Positions 32,701 through 40,576 of a stretch of DNA of 64,000 bases are shown one piece after another; position 1 is the first letter of the stretch; every line of letters begins with the position of its first letter. The stretch lies in the IMG/VR virus record IMGVR_UViG_3300042507_004106, one strand, 5' to 3'. Position numbers and translations under genes: made by a program. The notes under the pieces are model-generated. The model saw only the letters and a program-made list of their open reading frames with translations. It was not told where the DNA came from and made no database searches. Source of the DNA: a virus (lineage: Duplodnaviria; Caudoviricetes).

Positions 32701-35649
32701 TCCAGAAATAGCAACAGGAACAGTTGTACCAACTCCAACAGTAGTAGAGTATATAACTAGATCTCCATCAGAAAAACCATGATTCTTAAAGTATACTGTG
32801 CTATTAACAGTTGAAATTCCAGATGGACTTACCAGAAGTCTTCTGTTCTCATATCCACTTCCTGGATTAGTAACCTTAATCTGAGTTAAGGTCTTTTTAA
32901 GATCAGTTTCAAATTTGTGAATACCAGAATTTCCTATGGTGGTGAATCCTACAGTATTAATTCCTGCTAGGTAATCAGATACAGTTTGATAAATCTGGAT
33001 AGTGGTATCACTAATATATTTTGTAAAATATGTGGCTCCCTTTTTCAGGGTAATACCACTATCAGCATCAGATCCATTAAATGTACCTATACCTATTGAT
33101 TGGTTGTTTACTGGATTATATGTTATTTGTTGCCCATTAACAAGACCATGAGCCTTTGTAAAGGTTATAGTTTCGCTGGAAGTATCTAAACCGCCACCAA
33201 ATCCAATCTGTCTAGCATCAAATTCTATTGCTCTTTTTCTTGTTTCAATTACTGGTTCAAATGTTGCACCCTTACCATTTCCACCTGTAACTGCAATTGA
33301 TACGATTGCATCAACATCAAAGTCTTGGGGATTTACATAAACCTTCTCAAAGGATCCTCTAACAACAGGTTGGAGGAGAGCATTGCCTGAAGATGGTTCT
33401 AATAAAGGTGGGTTTATTACATCAAAATTTGTCCCACCATTTAAAACCTGAACCGATTCTAATGAACCGTAGTAAACCTTATCGTTTGTTTTATATCCAC
33501 TAATTTCAACACCATTGACTAACATTCCAACGAATGATACTGGTGTTGGATCTGAATCCCCATCCGCAATATTAACATTCAGTGGGAATTTTCTTAGAAT
33601 CTTTTGTGGAGAGATAACCGATTCTTTTTGACTATTTAAAGTGAAATTATGAGTTCCTGATGTAAGAGGACCAAATTGAACATAATTATCAGACCCTATA
33701 AAGGATCTTGATATGTACAATCTAATTTGACGCTTATCATTAATTACTTCGACATAATAAGTTCCCTCAGATAATCCTGAGATTGGAGTTTCTGATGGTT
33801 TGTAGTAGATCTCAGATCCTGTCTGGAAGGAAACTTTATCCAAAAAGTTCAGAATGGAATAATTTCCCGTTGTTACATCTTGACCAGAAACCGAAGATGC
33901 ATTGTAACTGAATATTCCAATAGAAATCTGATAAGATGGAAGCGAGTTAGAGGCTACGTAAATGTATTCATCACCTTCAGTATAAACATTCTGAACATCA
34001 CTGGTTAGATCAGAATACTCTAAAGGTACCTGAGAAGAAGTTGCAACTGATAATTTTCTTCTAATATCGTAATTGAAACTTTGATTGAGTGTGAATGTTC
34101 CGTTTGTTGTGATTTGTTTACCATTAATTTGAGTTACAACCAAATCGGAAGCATCTAGAGTCTCACTATTTCTACTTAAGATATCAATAACATCTCCAAC
34201 TTTCAAGCTGGACTTATCCACATCACTCTTTAAAGTGACTTGTGATATGGTTCCAGATGCAAAAGTAGAAATTTGATATCTTGAACTGGTGTTATATGTC
34301 CAACTATTAGCAAAAATTTCTTTATATGTTGGATTGTCTACTGGGTTCTCAATAATTTCACCCAAATTTTTAACTGAAATTTCTTCACCAGCATCAATTG
34401 GTGATGATTGTGATATAGAGTTAAAGTCTGATAGAACTCCAGTGATCCTTAACTCAACAAGATTTTCTGAATTGCCGTCTTCAAATCCATAATAAGTTTC
34501 ATCCGAACGAATATTTTCTGTAGGATTTATTTGCTCAACGATACCCGAGCATCCAAAAAATTGATTTATGCTCTTGCTAGTGTATTCAATTACATTATTT
34601 CCAGAATAAAGTTTTCCCGATTGTGGGAATCCAATAGTGGAATCTACAGTAATAACTTCGGATCCAATTGGAGCACGCTGAACTACTTTGGTACTTCCAG
34701 TAATTCCAAATTTTCCAGTAATGGTTGGGAAAGAATCATCATAACCAATGAAGAGTAAAAGTTTATAATAAACTTTATCTCCTCTCCTGATGACTTCTAC
34801 TTCAGATACGGATGCGCTTGTATTAGCATCTGTACTTTTCTTAATCGTTTGTCCTGCTAGTAGAACAGGATTACCTGAAATTCTTTCTGCAACAACTACT
34901 AATCTTCTTACATAAGTTGCTGAAGATGGTTTAATCAGTGAATTTTCAAGATTAATAATCTTTGGAGTTTCTCCAAATAAAACATTGAATAGAATTCTAA
35001 ATGATTCTTCAGTACCTTTTGATTGATATAATGTTCTTGCTTCCTTTACAAAATTTCCTACGTTTAACTCAGGAGCAAAATCTAAGTTTTCTAGTCCTGG
35101 TGTAAATGTATACTTGAGATTATTATAAAACTCTTTTAAAAATAATGAACTTAAATTAATTACTGAAGTATTTGAATTGTGCTCCGAACCATTAGAAGTT
35201 TCAAAAATCAGATCGCCAACATAGTTTGATGTATTGTTGGGAGTAATACCTGCATTATATGTTGTAATTCCACTAAATCCACGGATACAACCAGTAAAAG
35301 TATTTGTTGTAATACCAGTGTATGTGATGATCTCATCATCAATCTTTAACAAACCGTAGGACTGTGGAAATCCTTTTGTACTGGATACTTGAATCGTTGC
35401 AGAAGATGCTGAAATATCCGAACTTAAAGTAGTTGATCCAACTACAACCTCCGGAGTCAGATTGTCTAATTTGATATATTCGTCTAAATTCTCAGCAATA
35501 TCTACAGGACCGCCTTGGTATTCCTGAGAAATGTAATATTGCTTTAAAAATTCGGCAGCCTTTGGACTTTCATCTAATATAAATTCTGGAAGTTGACTAT
35601 CAATAACTTGCTGTATTTTTACCCTAGATTCAAAACCAGTTTGTATCAT
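23734..35649 (-). CDS. gp7: baseplate wedge initiator, giant cyanophage form
   Basis: 3971 aa between gp6 and gp8; N-terminus QLPEFI..FLKQYYISQE, YQSKGTEESFRILFNVLFG, HSPIIGWAYDGNPIYGSYGY, LHPIGLKNF. Confidence 0.88.
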   Translation of the reverse strand: MIQTGFESRVKIQQVIDSQLPEFILDESPKAAEFLKQYYISQEYQGGPVDIAENLDEYIKLDNLTPEVVVGSTTLSSDISASSATIQVSSTKGFPQSYGLLKIDDEIITYTGITTNTFTGCIRGFSGITTYNAGITPNNTSNYVGDLIFETSNGSEHNSNTSVINLSSLFLKEFYNNLKYTFTPGLENLDFAPELNVGNFVKEARTLYQSKGTEESFRILFNVLFGETPKIINLENSLIKPSSATYVRRLVVVAERISGNPVLLAGQTIKKSTDANTSASVSEVEVIRRGDKVYYKLLLFIGYDDSFPTITGKFGITGSTKVVQRAPIGSEVITVDSTIGFPQSGKLYSGNNVIEYTSKSINQFFGCSGIVEQINPTENIRSDETYYGFEDGNSENLVELRITGVLSDFNSISQSSPIDAGEEISVKNLGEIIENPVDNPTYKEIFANSWTYNTSSRYQISTFASGTISQVTLKSDVDKSSLKVGDVIDILSRNSETLDASDLVVTQINGKQITTNGTFTLNQSFNYDIRRKLSVATSSQVPLEYSDLTSDVQNVYTEGDEYIYVASNSLPSYQISIGIFSYNASSVSGQDVTTGNYSILNFLDKVSFQTGSEIYYKPSETPISGLSEGTYYVEVINDKRQIRLYISRSFIGSDNYVQFGPLTSGTHNFTLNSQKESVISPQKILRKFPLNVNIADGDSDPTPVSFVGMLVNGVEISGYKTNDKVYYGSLESVQVLNGGTNFDVINPPLLEPSSGNALLQPVVRGSFEKVYVNPQDFDVDAIVSIAVTGGNGKGATFEPVIETRKRAIEFDARQIGFGGGLDTSSETITFTKAHGLVNGQQITYNPVNNQSIGIGTFNGSDADSGITLKKGATYFTKYISDTTIQIYQTVSDYLAGINTVGFTTIGNSGIHKFETDLKKTLTQIKVTNPGSGYENRRLLVSPSGISTVNSTVYFKNHGFSDGDLVIYSTTVGVGTTVPVAISGVSTSNQYYILKVDNDTFKIANAGVAGTNTSNYLRKNYVKFESTGSGYQIFSYPEISLSVQYSTAGIGSTQFVGQIVSTPIVKGSIVDVYVYENGSDYGSNILNLHKKPKILIKNGKNAQLKPVVVNGRIEDVNVQYSGSEYYSTPEIKIYGSGTGATIKPVIVNNKLVDVVIINPGTGYGASNTTLVVESSGRNEVLNAQVRSLTVNKNVLYGQEDDIRELADDILISSLNNLQYTVSGYSQKIQDEFADSGVQHSPIIGWAYDGNPIYGSYGYSNASDDNSEIKRLISGYSLNTTNVQNRPNGFDPGFFVEDYVFTNTGDLDEYNGRYCVTPEFPNGVYAYFATSEEDIYGDVVGQFPYFIGNKYRSKFISENSNLDQTFDFNESGLIRNTLPYKVNEEFAGNDFIIESNDVIDQLTIVESVSSGSITSYEIINEGDEYKVGDSVEFNQDNTGGSGLSAQISELTGKRIDNINTNVTSYDDVVFTWDSGAQVKVTVDPYHSLNNLDYVTVSGFSTELSPLNGFTQIGVTSYTSSLSKDIPVYSVAGVVTDIYVNRIPDNISIGSSIKIEGETLSVLNIFNEDSVLRVVRESTGSAHTATTTVNYIPNTFTINKSVSYFDSKVNDTYYFNPKQSVGLGTTSGVGFSTTFVIGTRNIPTSIPTQSIYLPNHPFANNQQVIFRKLSSSSPISVSNTSTSATFNLPSSGDQQVVYVIKKSVDHIGIVTQIGLTTSTNGLFFRSNGDDNYQYSIQSNFEQIKGDIDSIKSTVSISTSHGLLSGDKVDLEVKPNLSVGIGTSTSIKVKYDSVRERIIINPVSFDSAGINTVTNQITIQNHIFNTGDKVIYSSTAPATGLTTGFYYVYKVDNDNIKLCDTLVDATTTDPLFIDITNAPAATHQLSPINPPLNVVANNNVVFDLSDSSLSGYKFKVFYDQTFKDEFVSIGSTNSFSVSGVGTVGLSSTASLTINYNNELPSKLFYNLEKSGYISTADTEVTNYSQIAFVDSVYNGSYNISGVGETTFVVSLQQLPENLNYNYSDCDVIEYRTTSSTASGGISKIRSISSGIGFKKIPSFVGSDSANGKGAYVIAKSDSVGKVNQTRIVNEGFEYPSDKTLRPTATIPSLLTIKNSNTISSIEITNNGRNYTSAPNLIIVDSETGSKIDSGLLVANLSGTSVISVDIEQEPKGLPSTPVTIKAINNTNGIGIQTITGSSSGIITCYLVTPLSGFGTEPFSVGDKIYVEGVQKYGTDGDGFNSEDYGYEFFTVSVYENAGTLLPRKLEYNLAGLSTNVGIAKTVQDSSSFIINSNNYPQFEVTQTYSPFIIGEQLSVRNETGFEIQDLRVTQDDQNYIKVSGSYKIASGQVVRGVQSGNIATIDNVGTNTGNFSVGYGSTQEIGWSDNTGKLDEDSQVTPDNDYYQNLSYSVRSNQEWVDIVSPVNSILHPIGLKNFADTTITQSVGSGSTNVTESTTILYDIIDESRVDTINNIDLVVDIDTVGSTSRFLKFSNIKLADYVECRTNRVLSIDDISSQFSSSEGDVQTFANILPINKSTKYNNYLVQITSLDYSQVQFTELVVINDDEDVYTLEKASISNLEGKVGDVEGYVDQTGEFNLKFTPYDPYNTDYKIKILSDNFSTFFSGIGTYSVGFVDLIGSNANVSSGITTSLISKNISSFETLYSNIHVLDTITNEMNYVELYVDHDGTNTNLTEFYFDSNSEYTGNFIGSFGASISGGVLTLNYTNTSSNNVIVRSKNIGFNTTASGIGTYRFKKTGQIDGFERTVNYVSDFSTVSSASTIISLDTTLFTSVKSVVKVSIGETSALHQIMMISDGSDTYTVQYPFLSVGSTSGIGSFGGNISGSTASLVFYPDQNLSGSFEILSFNEKFYKIADEINQPNNLEYASIINSLHTANYYGLNSENLNRLNFDLTYQGYPIFMKEFDPKDSTILNAATGEFSIDNHFFNTGEELIYRPTSTFLGVGATSVGIGSTLNSVGVVTDRLPTTVFAYKVNNDTFKLSTRREYAFAGICVTFTSLGEGNAHQLEMAKKNEKSIISLDNIIQYPISYALISKTINNGSPIGSASSIFALSGISSININDIIKVDNEYMKVNSVGLGTTTSGPISFTGSVPLVQVQRGFVGSSATTHADSSTVDVYRGSFNISGNEIFFVSPPQGIIEDQLGPDVDNLAEARSTFNGRVFLRKDYSTNQLFDDISENFTGVGQTYTLSTQGISTVGFGTTGGNGIVLINGVFQTPTTSNNLSNNYSIIENTNVGISSIVFSGITSTNGSIIISESDVNMNQLPRGGVIVSLGSTPGVGYAPLVGASVTAIVGAGGSIVAIGIGSTGNYGSGYRNPVSIAITEFGHTGTAATISATVGAGGTLAFNIVGGGSGYTTPTINISAPNYENLPVIGVSRAGIGTTTETGVGLLLNVEVGASSTVGVGSTLFEVTGFSISRSGYGFKKGDVITPVGLVTDFGLPSPVSEFQLTILDTFTDSFGAWQFGELDYIDSVKDYQDGSRTRFPLFYNSQLLSFEKNSSDPDSQLIDFDALLVIFINGILQEPKTAYQFTGGTSFTFTEAPKPEDNISIFFYRGSSSDSVYRDVNETLKIGDDVRVYSNNSLLQSTVTQDTRVITDISSSDKIQTNLYTLQGIDTVNQKPISWTKQKVDKVIDGGIVSKARDSIEPQIYPTAKIIGNFSSSDSLVYVDDAQFFNYENVSPGNIQFDAFIVSGAADPVSAAVTAIVSSAGTISSLVINNAGSGYVGSAVTVSISAPPSVNVGVGITATASISIVNGSLSTVSITNPGFGYTTTIIPQVLVPLSDPVYENVSNITTVQGFSGDITGIQTTSGIGTDLAIKFTLDPTLSPFTNLSTGQPIYIFNTFVGQGVTSIINNDSNVVGVGTSFLDNVYHISAFNSSVGIITCNVASTSTLVGIATTGPSVGKFSWGKLSGFSRSSSPISLTVSSYRVDSGLSTFPTIQRRGYGLRNIGPIEKTL

Positions 35650-35650
35650 A

Positions 35651-37573
35651 TTACGACCTCGTTAATTCTCCGTTTGAATAGCTTGACCTGTAAGAATCTT
35701 GTGTAAACACAACTCCAGATATATCGTCACCAGAAGCAATTACGTCCTTAACCATATTTATTGTGCTTTTTGAAACATCAAATGAGACATAAAGATTCTT
35801 CAATCCAATGATATCGTTTGATTCTGGGAATGCCTGTATTTCAATAATATCGTCTTGAATATCGGTTGAAGTGATATTCAGTGTACCTAATAATATCTCT
35901 CCAGTTTCATAATTAACTGTTCCTGCAGATTGAACAATAACGGATGTTTTAATTGTAGAATCTGTGCCTACTCCTGAAAGAACAGTATAGGGTTTAACAA
36001 TAGAAATAATTCCAGTCTTAAGATCGGAGTTTGGAGTATCTGTGAGATAAACGGTATCGGATTCTCCAAAAATCTTGAATCCAGTTGATTTGATATTATA
36101 TCCTGCAGGATTTACATGGAATCTGTTTCCATAGCATATTTCATACTGAGCAAGTTGATTCAGTTTTGCTTTCAGATCTCTTCTAATTCTAACTTTTGTA
36201 ATGTTAGATGTGATCGCACTATCTGTAGAATCAATTACTTGTAAAATCTTACTGTACTTAAATCTACCACCAAATGCATTTAGATTTGGTGAACCTGCAT
36301 AAGTTGTGAGGGAATTTACAACTCTGTTCTTAAGATCTTCTACAGTTGAAACTTGTGAATAGTTGTAGTAGATTGATGAATCTATTTCAACATATAAAAC
36401 TTGAAGATCTACGATTTGTGGTTCAATTCCCGCTACCGTATATTGCTTAAGTTTATTTTGAATTTGTTGCTTATTAAAGTCCGATACATAAGTACCATTT
36501 TTTGGTTTAATACTGATCAAGACTTTTCCATATTGTGGTGGATCCAAATCTTCACCACCAACAACTGCTACTGATTCTGTATCTGGGTATATTTTAGATT
36601 TTAATATTGCCTCATAATCTCTTCCAGTTACAGCTCTATATTGAGATGAATAGATTCTTGGTGCGAAATATTTTACAGAGTCTATACTTTCAATATCAGA
36701 TCCATTTTGGGATCTTTGATTTGTTGTAACTGTAATTGTGTTTGTTGGAATAATTGTATTCCCACTAGCATCCTTTAAAGATCCTGCGAAGGAGAAACCA
36801 CTCACGCCGTTGCCTTCTTTTCCATCAGTCACAATATAGGTAACTGTAATTACGGACCCATTTTCAAGTTTCTTACCAAAAAATCCATCACCAAAAAGAA
36901 TCTGATATTTCTCATCCTGCACTTCTTGAAGCAGATAGATCTCTGAAGTTGAATTAATATCAAAGATATTATCTGCTAGAGAATATTCTCTACCTAAACC
37001 AGTATCGCTGGTACCCTTCACATAAACAACAATTGTTGATGAATCGATGAATGAATTATCTAAAATAAATTTCTGATCAAGAGAACCATCAACGACAAAT
37101 TGCTTACGAAGGAACGTTCCTTCGCTAATTGTGAGGTTGCTAAACGTTGCAGTTCCATTGACTACTGATGAAGATATATTCTCCGAAACTGAGAAAGTAT
37201 ATGATGTTCCTTCTGCACTACCAGTGCATACCAGACCCGCCTGTAAGGTTAGTGTTGGGGTTGTTGAAGAAGTACTAACCTGAAAGGAAACAACTGCCTT
37301 AGAGGCGGTTCTGGAACGTGGTACATATCCAATATTTCTTGCTAGAGATACAACATTCTCTCTTACTGTTGCAGAATCTAAGAAAGATTCATTTACAACT
37401 AAGTTAGAGTTGAACGCTGTGATATATGTGTTATATGCTAACGTATCAATCAGAACTGAGAAATTGGAACCCTCAAAGTCAAAATCTGTAAAGGAAGAAT
37501 TTGCCCTAAGGTAATCCTTAATTGAAGTTCTGATCTGATCAAAGTCTAAATTTGAAAACTTAGTAAAAGGCAT
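35651..37573 (-). CDS. gp6: baseplate wedge subunit
   Basis: 640 aa; LDFDQIRTSIKDYLR..FTDFDFEGSNFSVLIDTLAYNT, QYRAVTGRDYEAI. Confidence 0.96.
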   Translation of the reverse strand: MPFTKFSNLDFDQIRTSIKDYLRANSSFTDFDFEGSNFSVLIDTLAYNTYITAFNSNLVVNESFLDSATVRENVVSLARNIGYVPRSRTASKAVVSFQVSTSSTTPTLTLQAGLVCTGSAEGTSYTFSVSENISSSVVNGTATFSNLTISEGTFLRKQFVVDGSLDQKFILDNSFIDSSTIVVYVKGTSDTGLGREYSLADNIFDINSTSEIYLLQEVQDEKYQILFGDGFFGKKLENGSVITVTYIVTDGKEGNGVSGFSFAGSLKDASGNTIIPTNTITVTTNQRSQNGSDIESIDSVKYFAPRIYSSQYRAVTGRDYEAILKSKIYPDTESVAVVGGEDLDPPQYGKVLISIKPKNGTYVSDFNKQQIQNKLKQYTVAGIEPQIVDLQVLYVEIDSSIYYNYSQVSTVEDLKNRVVNSLTTYAGSPNLNAFGGRFKYSKILQVIDSTDSAITSNITKVRIRRDLKAKLNQLAQYEICYGNRFHVNPAGYNIKSTGFKIFGESDTVYLTDTPNSDLKTGIISIVKPYTVLSGVGTDSTIKTSVIVQSAGTVNYETGEILLGTLNITSTDIQDDIIEIQAFPESNDIIGLKNLYVSFDVSKSTINMVKDVIASGDDISGVVFTQDSYRSSYSNGELTRS

Positions 37574-37574
37574 T

Positions 37575-37976
37575 TTATCTTGCTGCCTCTAAGATAAATG
37601 AATATTGCTGCGTAGGAATTTCCTGCCCAATAATATCAAAAGATACAGTAACATCGAAGTTATTAGTATCTGGGGACGGTTCCACAATTACTCTAACATC
37701 AGTGACTCTTGGTTCAAAATTCCGAACAGTATTGATAATTTGATCTCTGATTACACTCGCAGTACCATAATCAACGAAATCAAATAAACTTGAACGAACT
37801 TTTGAACCAAGAACAGAATTAAAGAATCTTTCAGTTGGAATTGTTTCGACCAAATTACGAATAGAACGCATGATCGCACGTTCATTCTTCAGAACCGGCA
37901 GGTCCTTAGTAACAGGATGCGGTTCAAAGGATAAACTAATATCTTTGAAGGATCTAGATATCCTTGTAACGGTCAT
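37575..37976 (-). CDS. gp25: baseplate wedge / sheath initiator
   Basis: 133 aa; FKDISLSFEPHPVTKD, ERFFNSVLGS, NFEPRV. Confidence 0.95.
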   Translation of the reverse strand: MTVTRISRSFKDISLSFEPHPVTKDLPVLKNERAIMRSIRNLVETIPTERFFNSVLGSKVRSSLFDFVDYGTASVIRDQIINTVRNFEPRVTDVRVIVEPSPDTNNFDVTVSFDIIGQEIPTQQYSFILEAAR

Positions 37977-38006
37977 TGGACATAAAATTTCTTTATTTAT
38001 TTATGA

Positions 38007-38249
38007 CTATTTCCAGGGAGAACCGTACATTGCATCGGTTCCATACTCCCAGTCATCATAATCTTCATCGTTTCTAATTTTCTCATGCAACTCAACTTGT
38101 TTTTTGAGATCATGCTTTGGTGCTAGATCGTGCATAACCTCTTGAATGATTCTTTTTTGTTGTGGGTAATTGTAATCTGTGATGAGTTTTGAGGTTCCCC
38201 ACATCTCATACATGTAATTTGAATCTCTATCTACGGGTAGATTTGACAT
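38007..38249 (-). CDS. small conserved hypothetical protein
   Basis: 80-aa ORF with acidic C-terminus (DEDYDDWEYG). Confidence 0.65.
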   Translation of the reverse strand: MSNLPVDRDSNYMYEMWGTSKLITDYNYPQQKRIIQEVMHDLAPKHDLKKQVELHEKIRNDEDYDDWEYGTDAMYGSPWK

Positions 38250-38292
38250 TGTGTTAGCTCCTGTTTTACAAATATAAAACAGAACTTTTATA

Positions 38293-38312
38293 AAGGAGGT
38301 TGCTATCTCCTT
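38293..38312 (-). terminator. stem-loop downstream of speD (possible terminator)
   Basis: AAGGAGA-TAGCAA-CCTCCTT inverted repeat right after the speD stop; same TAGCAA loop as the terminator at 55675. Confidence 0.5.
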
Positions 38313-38320
38313 ATTTCTAT

Positions 38321-38662
38321 TTAACGCTCTACTTCTCTCAGAGAATAAGAGTCCGTGTCAAGATATTTAAGTATCTCTAACGCAATCAAACGTGGATTTC
38401 CTTCGCCACAAGTGTAAACATCTACCGCTAGACAACCATTCTCTGGCCAAGTGTGGCAAGAAACATGACTTTCTGCAAGTGCGATCACAACAGTACATCC
38501 TTGTGGAAGAAAGCAATGAGAAAAAGTGTTCAAAATCGTCATCTTAGCGCGATTTATGCCTTTGATCATGACGTTTTGTAGAGATTCAACGTCATTGATC
38601 AGATCAAATTTAACATTATACACCTCTAACAGAAGGTGCTTACCCATTGAAAACTTTTCCAA
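38321..38662 (-). CDS. speD: pyruvoyl-dependent S-adenosylmethionine decarboxylase-like proenzyme
   Basis: 113 aa; GKHLLLEVY, HCFLPQGCTVVIALAE|SHVSCHTWPE (self-cleavage ESH), AVDVYTCG. Confidence 0.92.
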   Translation of the reverse strand: MEKFSMGKHLLLEVYNVKFDLINDVESLQNVMIKGINRAKMTILNTFSHCFLPQGCTVVIALAESHVSCHTWPENGCLAVDVYTCGEGNPRLIALEILKYLDTDSYSLREVER

Positions 38663-38686
38663 CTCAAATTTCTGTTAAAAATTTAT

Positions 38687-39280
38687 TTATTGTACATAAA
38701 AACCCTGTCTAAAGTAGTCAGGATCCTCAATGAAGGGCATATTTTCTATCTTTTCACCATCCCAAACAGGAATCGCAACTGAATTACCGTACCTAAAATC
38801 AGGATTTCTTCGAAAATGTACTTCAATTAGATTTTTACCAATAAATTCGCAGTTTATCCACTCATAATTGCCCTTTAAGTCTTTTAAAATGTCGGGAAAT
38901 TCAACATTTCTATCAACTTTTTCCCATTTTTTCCACTTATAGTAAGGATCATTGGGGTCACGAGTGCCAAGTACGATTAAATCCGCCTTTTGATGGTGAA
39001 AATCAACACTTAAATGCTCTCCTTCAAAGATCTCACACCAAAATTCAGAAGGATGTATGTGATCCGTGTATTGTTCTAACCATTCTTTACGAGCAAAACG
39101 CCCCATGCCCATCAAATTGAAGGATGGGCGCACAATATAAAAGTCGGGTCTGGGAACTGTGGTACCAACAGGACCACAAGTATAACCCAAAACCCGACTT
39201 AGAAATAATTTATTGTAAACCCAGAGGTCTGATGGATGTATTTGATTCCATTCATCATTACCATCTAGGTAATACATCAT
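38687..39280 (-). CDS. hypothetical protein, ATP-grasp-like motifs
   Basis: IVRPSFNLMGMG, FWCEIFEGEHLSVDF and INCEFIG..LIEVHFR resemble ATP-grasp loop and EVNxR motifs. Confidence 0.5.
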   Translation of the reverse strand: MMYYLDGNDEWNQIHPSDLWVYNKLFLSRVLGYTCGPVGTTVPRPDFYIVRPSFNLMGMGRFARKEWLEQYTDHIHPSEFWCEIFEGEHLSVDFHHQKADLIVLGTRDPNDPYYKWKKWEKVDRNVEFPDILKDLKGNYEWINCEFIGKNLIEVHFRRNPDFRYGNSVAIPVWDGEKIENMPFIEDPDYFRQGFYVQ

Positions 39281-39432
39281 CCTTTCCCCTGCCCTCTATA
39301 TTTTTTACGAGCTTTATTACGAGAAGACGCAGCATACTTAGTTCCGTATCCATTTCCTTGACGAGATTTCTTAGGAGGTCCAGGATTATAAGAACCGTTC
39401 TTAGTTGGTCCAACCTTTGATTTTACAGCCAT
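39277..39432 (-). CDS. small basic conserved protein
   Basis: Hand-found 51 aa MAVKSKVG...KKSRQGNGYGTKYAASSRNKARKKYRGQGKG, overlapping both neighbours. Confidence 0.7.
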   Translation of the reverse strand: MAVKSKVGPTKNGSYNPGPPKKSRQGNGYGTKYAASSRNKARKKYRGQGKG

Positions 39433-39596
39433 TAATTTTCTCCAATAATTTCAGTTTCAATTTCTTCAGGGCGTGGAGAACCTGTCTGATAAAATTCAAT
39501 CGCCAGGTCCTCCATAATATCGAAATATTCTTGCTCTGTAAGACTTGAGTAAATCTTTCTCCCCTTACAGATAATATTGTAAGAATCGTTAGACAT
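39432..39596 (-). CDS. small hypothetical protein
   Basis: Likely start MSNDSYNIICKG (ATG 39596), coupled to the upstream stop. Confidence 0.65.
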   Translation of the reverse strand: MSNDSYNIICKGRKIYSSLTEQEYFDIMEDLAIEFYQTGSPRPEEIETEIIGEN

Positions 39597-40354
39597 CAAA
39601 TAATCCTTGATTTTTCGTGACCGACTCTGATGCGAGGATCGCACCAAATTTCAAATCCTGCTTCTTTTGCATCCAAACAGAACGATACATCTTCTCCACA
39701 CATATCCTGAACTTGACCAGACTCAAAGACTTGCATCTTAGGAGCAAACCATGGATACTTCATCTCCGAATGTTCAAATACACCGTTTTTAATCAGAACC
39801 CAACCAAAACCAGTGTAGTCAACTGTGAAAGGCTTACGACGCTTTGAGATGCTATCAACGGTTTCATGATTCATCACTCCACCATTACCACGGAAATCAT
39901 CTTCATCCAACCAGTGCGCCACTGAGGTTGTGTGACCGTCCTCTGTAGCATACCAACCAGCAGCGATATCCTTTTCCATTAGAACTAATTGCCAGAATTT
40001 TTCTGTATTGAAAACAATATCAGAATCAATCCAAAGTTGCCAATCATATTTAAGTTTTCCATCCCAGGGAATCTGATCAGGTCCACGCAGTACATTCGCA
40101 CCTAAACATTTGCATCGAGCAAAGTTTACCATCGATGAATAGTCCTGCGAGATCTGAATGCTTGCCCCCGATTGCACAAGGTCAAAACACAGTTGCACGA
40201 AGTTCTTTAAGTATGTGTAAGATACACCTCTACCAGGAAGACAAAAAACAATTGACTTTCCTTTTACCATTTCTTTTGCCAGATCATAGTCCCATTCTTG
40301 TGTGGGTGATGCGACTACGGGCGATTTTGCTTTTACTGTAAATCCTTTAGCCAT
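39596..40354 (-). CDS. GT-A-fold glycosyltransferase-like protein
   Basis: 252 aa; DxD motif WIDSDIVF, VDYTGFGWVLIK, GEDVSFC, VGHEK. Confidence 0.7.
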   Translation of the reverse strand: MAKGFTVKAKSPVVASPTQEWDYDLAKEMVKGKSIVFCLPGRGVSYTYLKNFVQLCFDLVQSGASIQISQDYSSMVNFARCKCLGANVLRGPDQIPWDGKLKYDWQLWIDSDIVFNTEKFWQLVLMEKDIAAGWYATEDGHTTSVAHWLDEDDFRGNGGVMNHETVDSISKRRKPFTVDYTGFGWVLIKNGVFEHSEMKYPWFAPKMQVFESGQVQDMCGEDVSFCLDAKEAGFEIWCDPRIRVGHEKSRII

Positions 40355-40376
40355 AAGATAAGTTGTTTACTTCAGT

Positions 40377-40405
40377 ATCATACTCTATTATGTAGAAGAA
40401 GTCAA
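40377..40405 (-). promoter_or_regulatory. sigma70-type promoter TTGACT-17-TATGAT
   Basis: -35 at 40405-40400, 17-nt spacer, -10 at 40382-40377, upstream of the GT-like gene. Confidence 0.8.
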
Positions 40406-40576
40406 TCAGTCTCTTTCTGATAAAACGACTTCGTTACCCTCTAAGGTAAACTTAACTTCTGTGTCTTCGTACCATGAAAGATCGTTTATGATCTGCTCAG
40501 GTATTACAAGGTAGTATTCACCGTTAATTGGATCGACTTGTATCGTCTCAAAAATATCTCCGGAATTTTTTTTCAT
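40406..40576 (-). CDS. small AbrB/MazE-like protein
   Basis: Hand-found 56 aa: ...GEYYLVIPEQIINDLSWYEDTEVKFTLEGNEVVLSERD (swapped-hairpin pattern xIPxxxxxxLxxxxxxxVxxxxxGxxxxL). Confidence 0.55.
   Translation of the reverse strand: MKKNSGDIFETIQVDPINGEYYLVIPEQIINDLSWYEDTEVKFTLEGNEVVLSERD

Noticed and set aside
23734-35649. Extreme size of gp7 (3971 aa)
   Set aside because: Greatly enlarged gp7 proteins are typical of cyanomyoviruses; no intein or frameshift signature seen.
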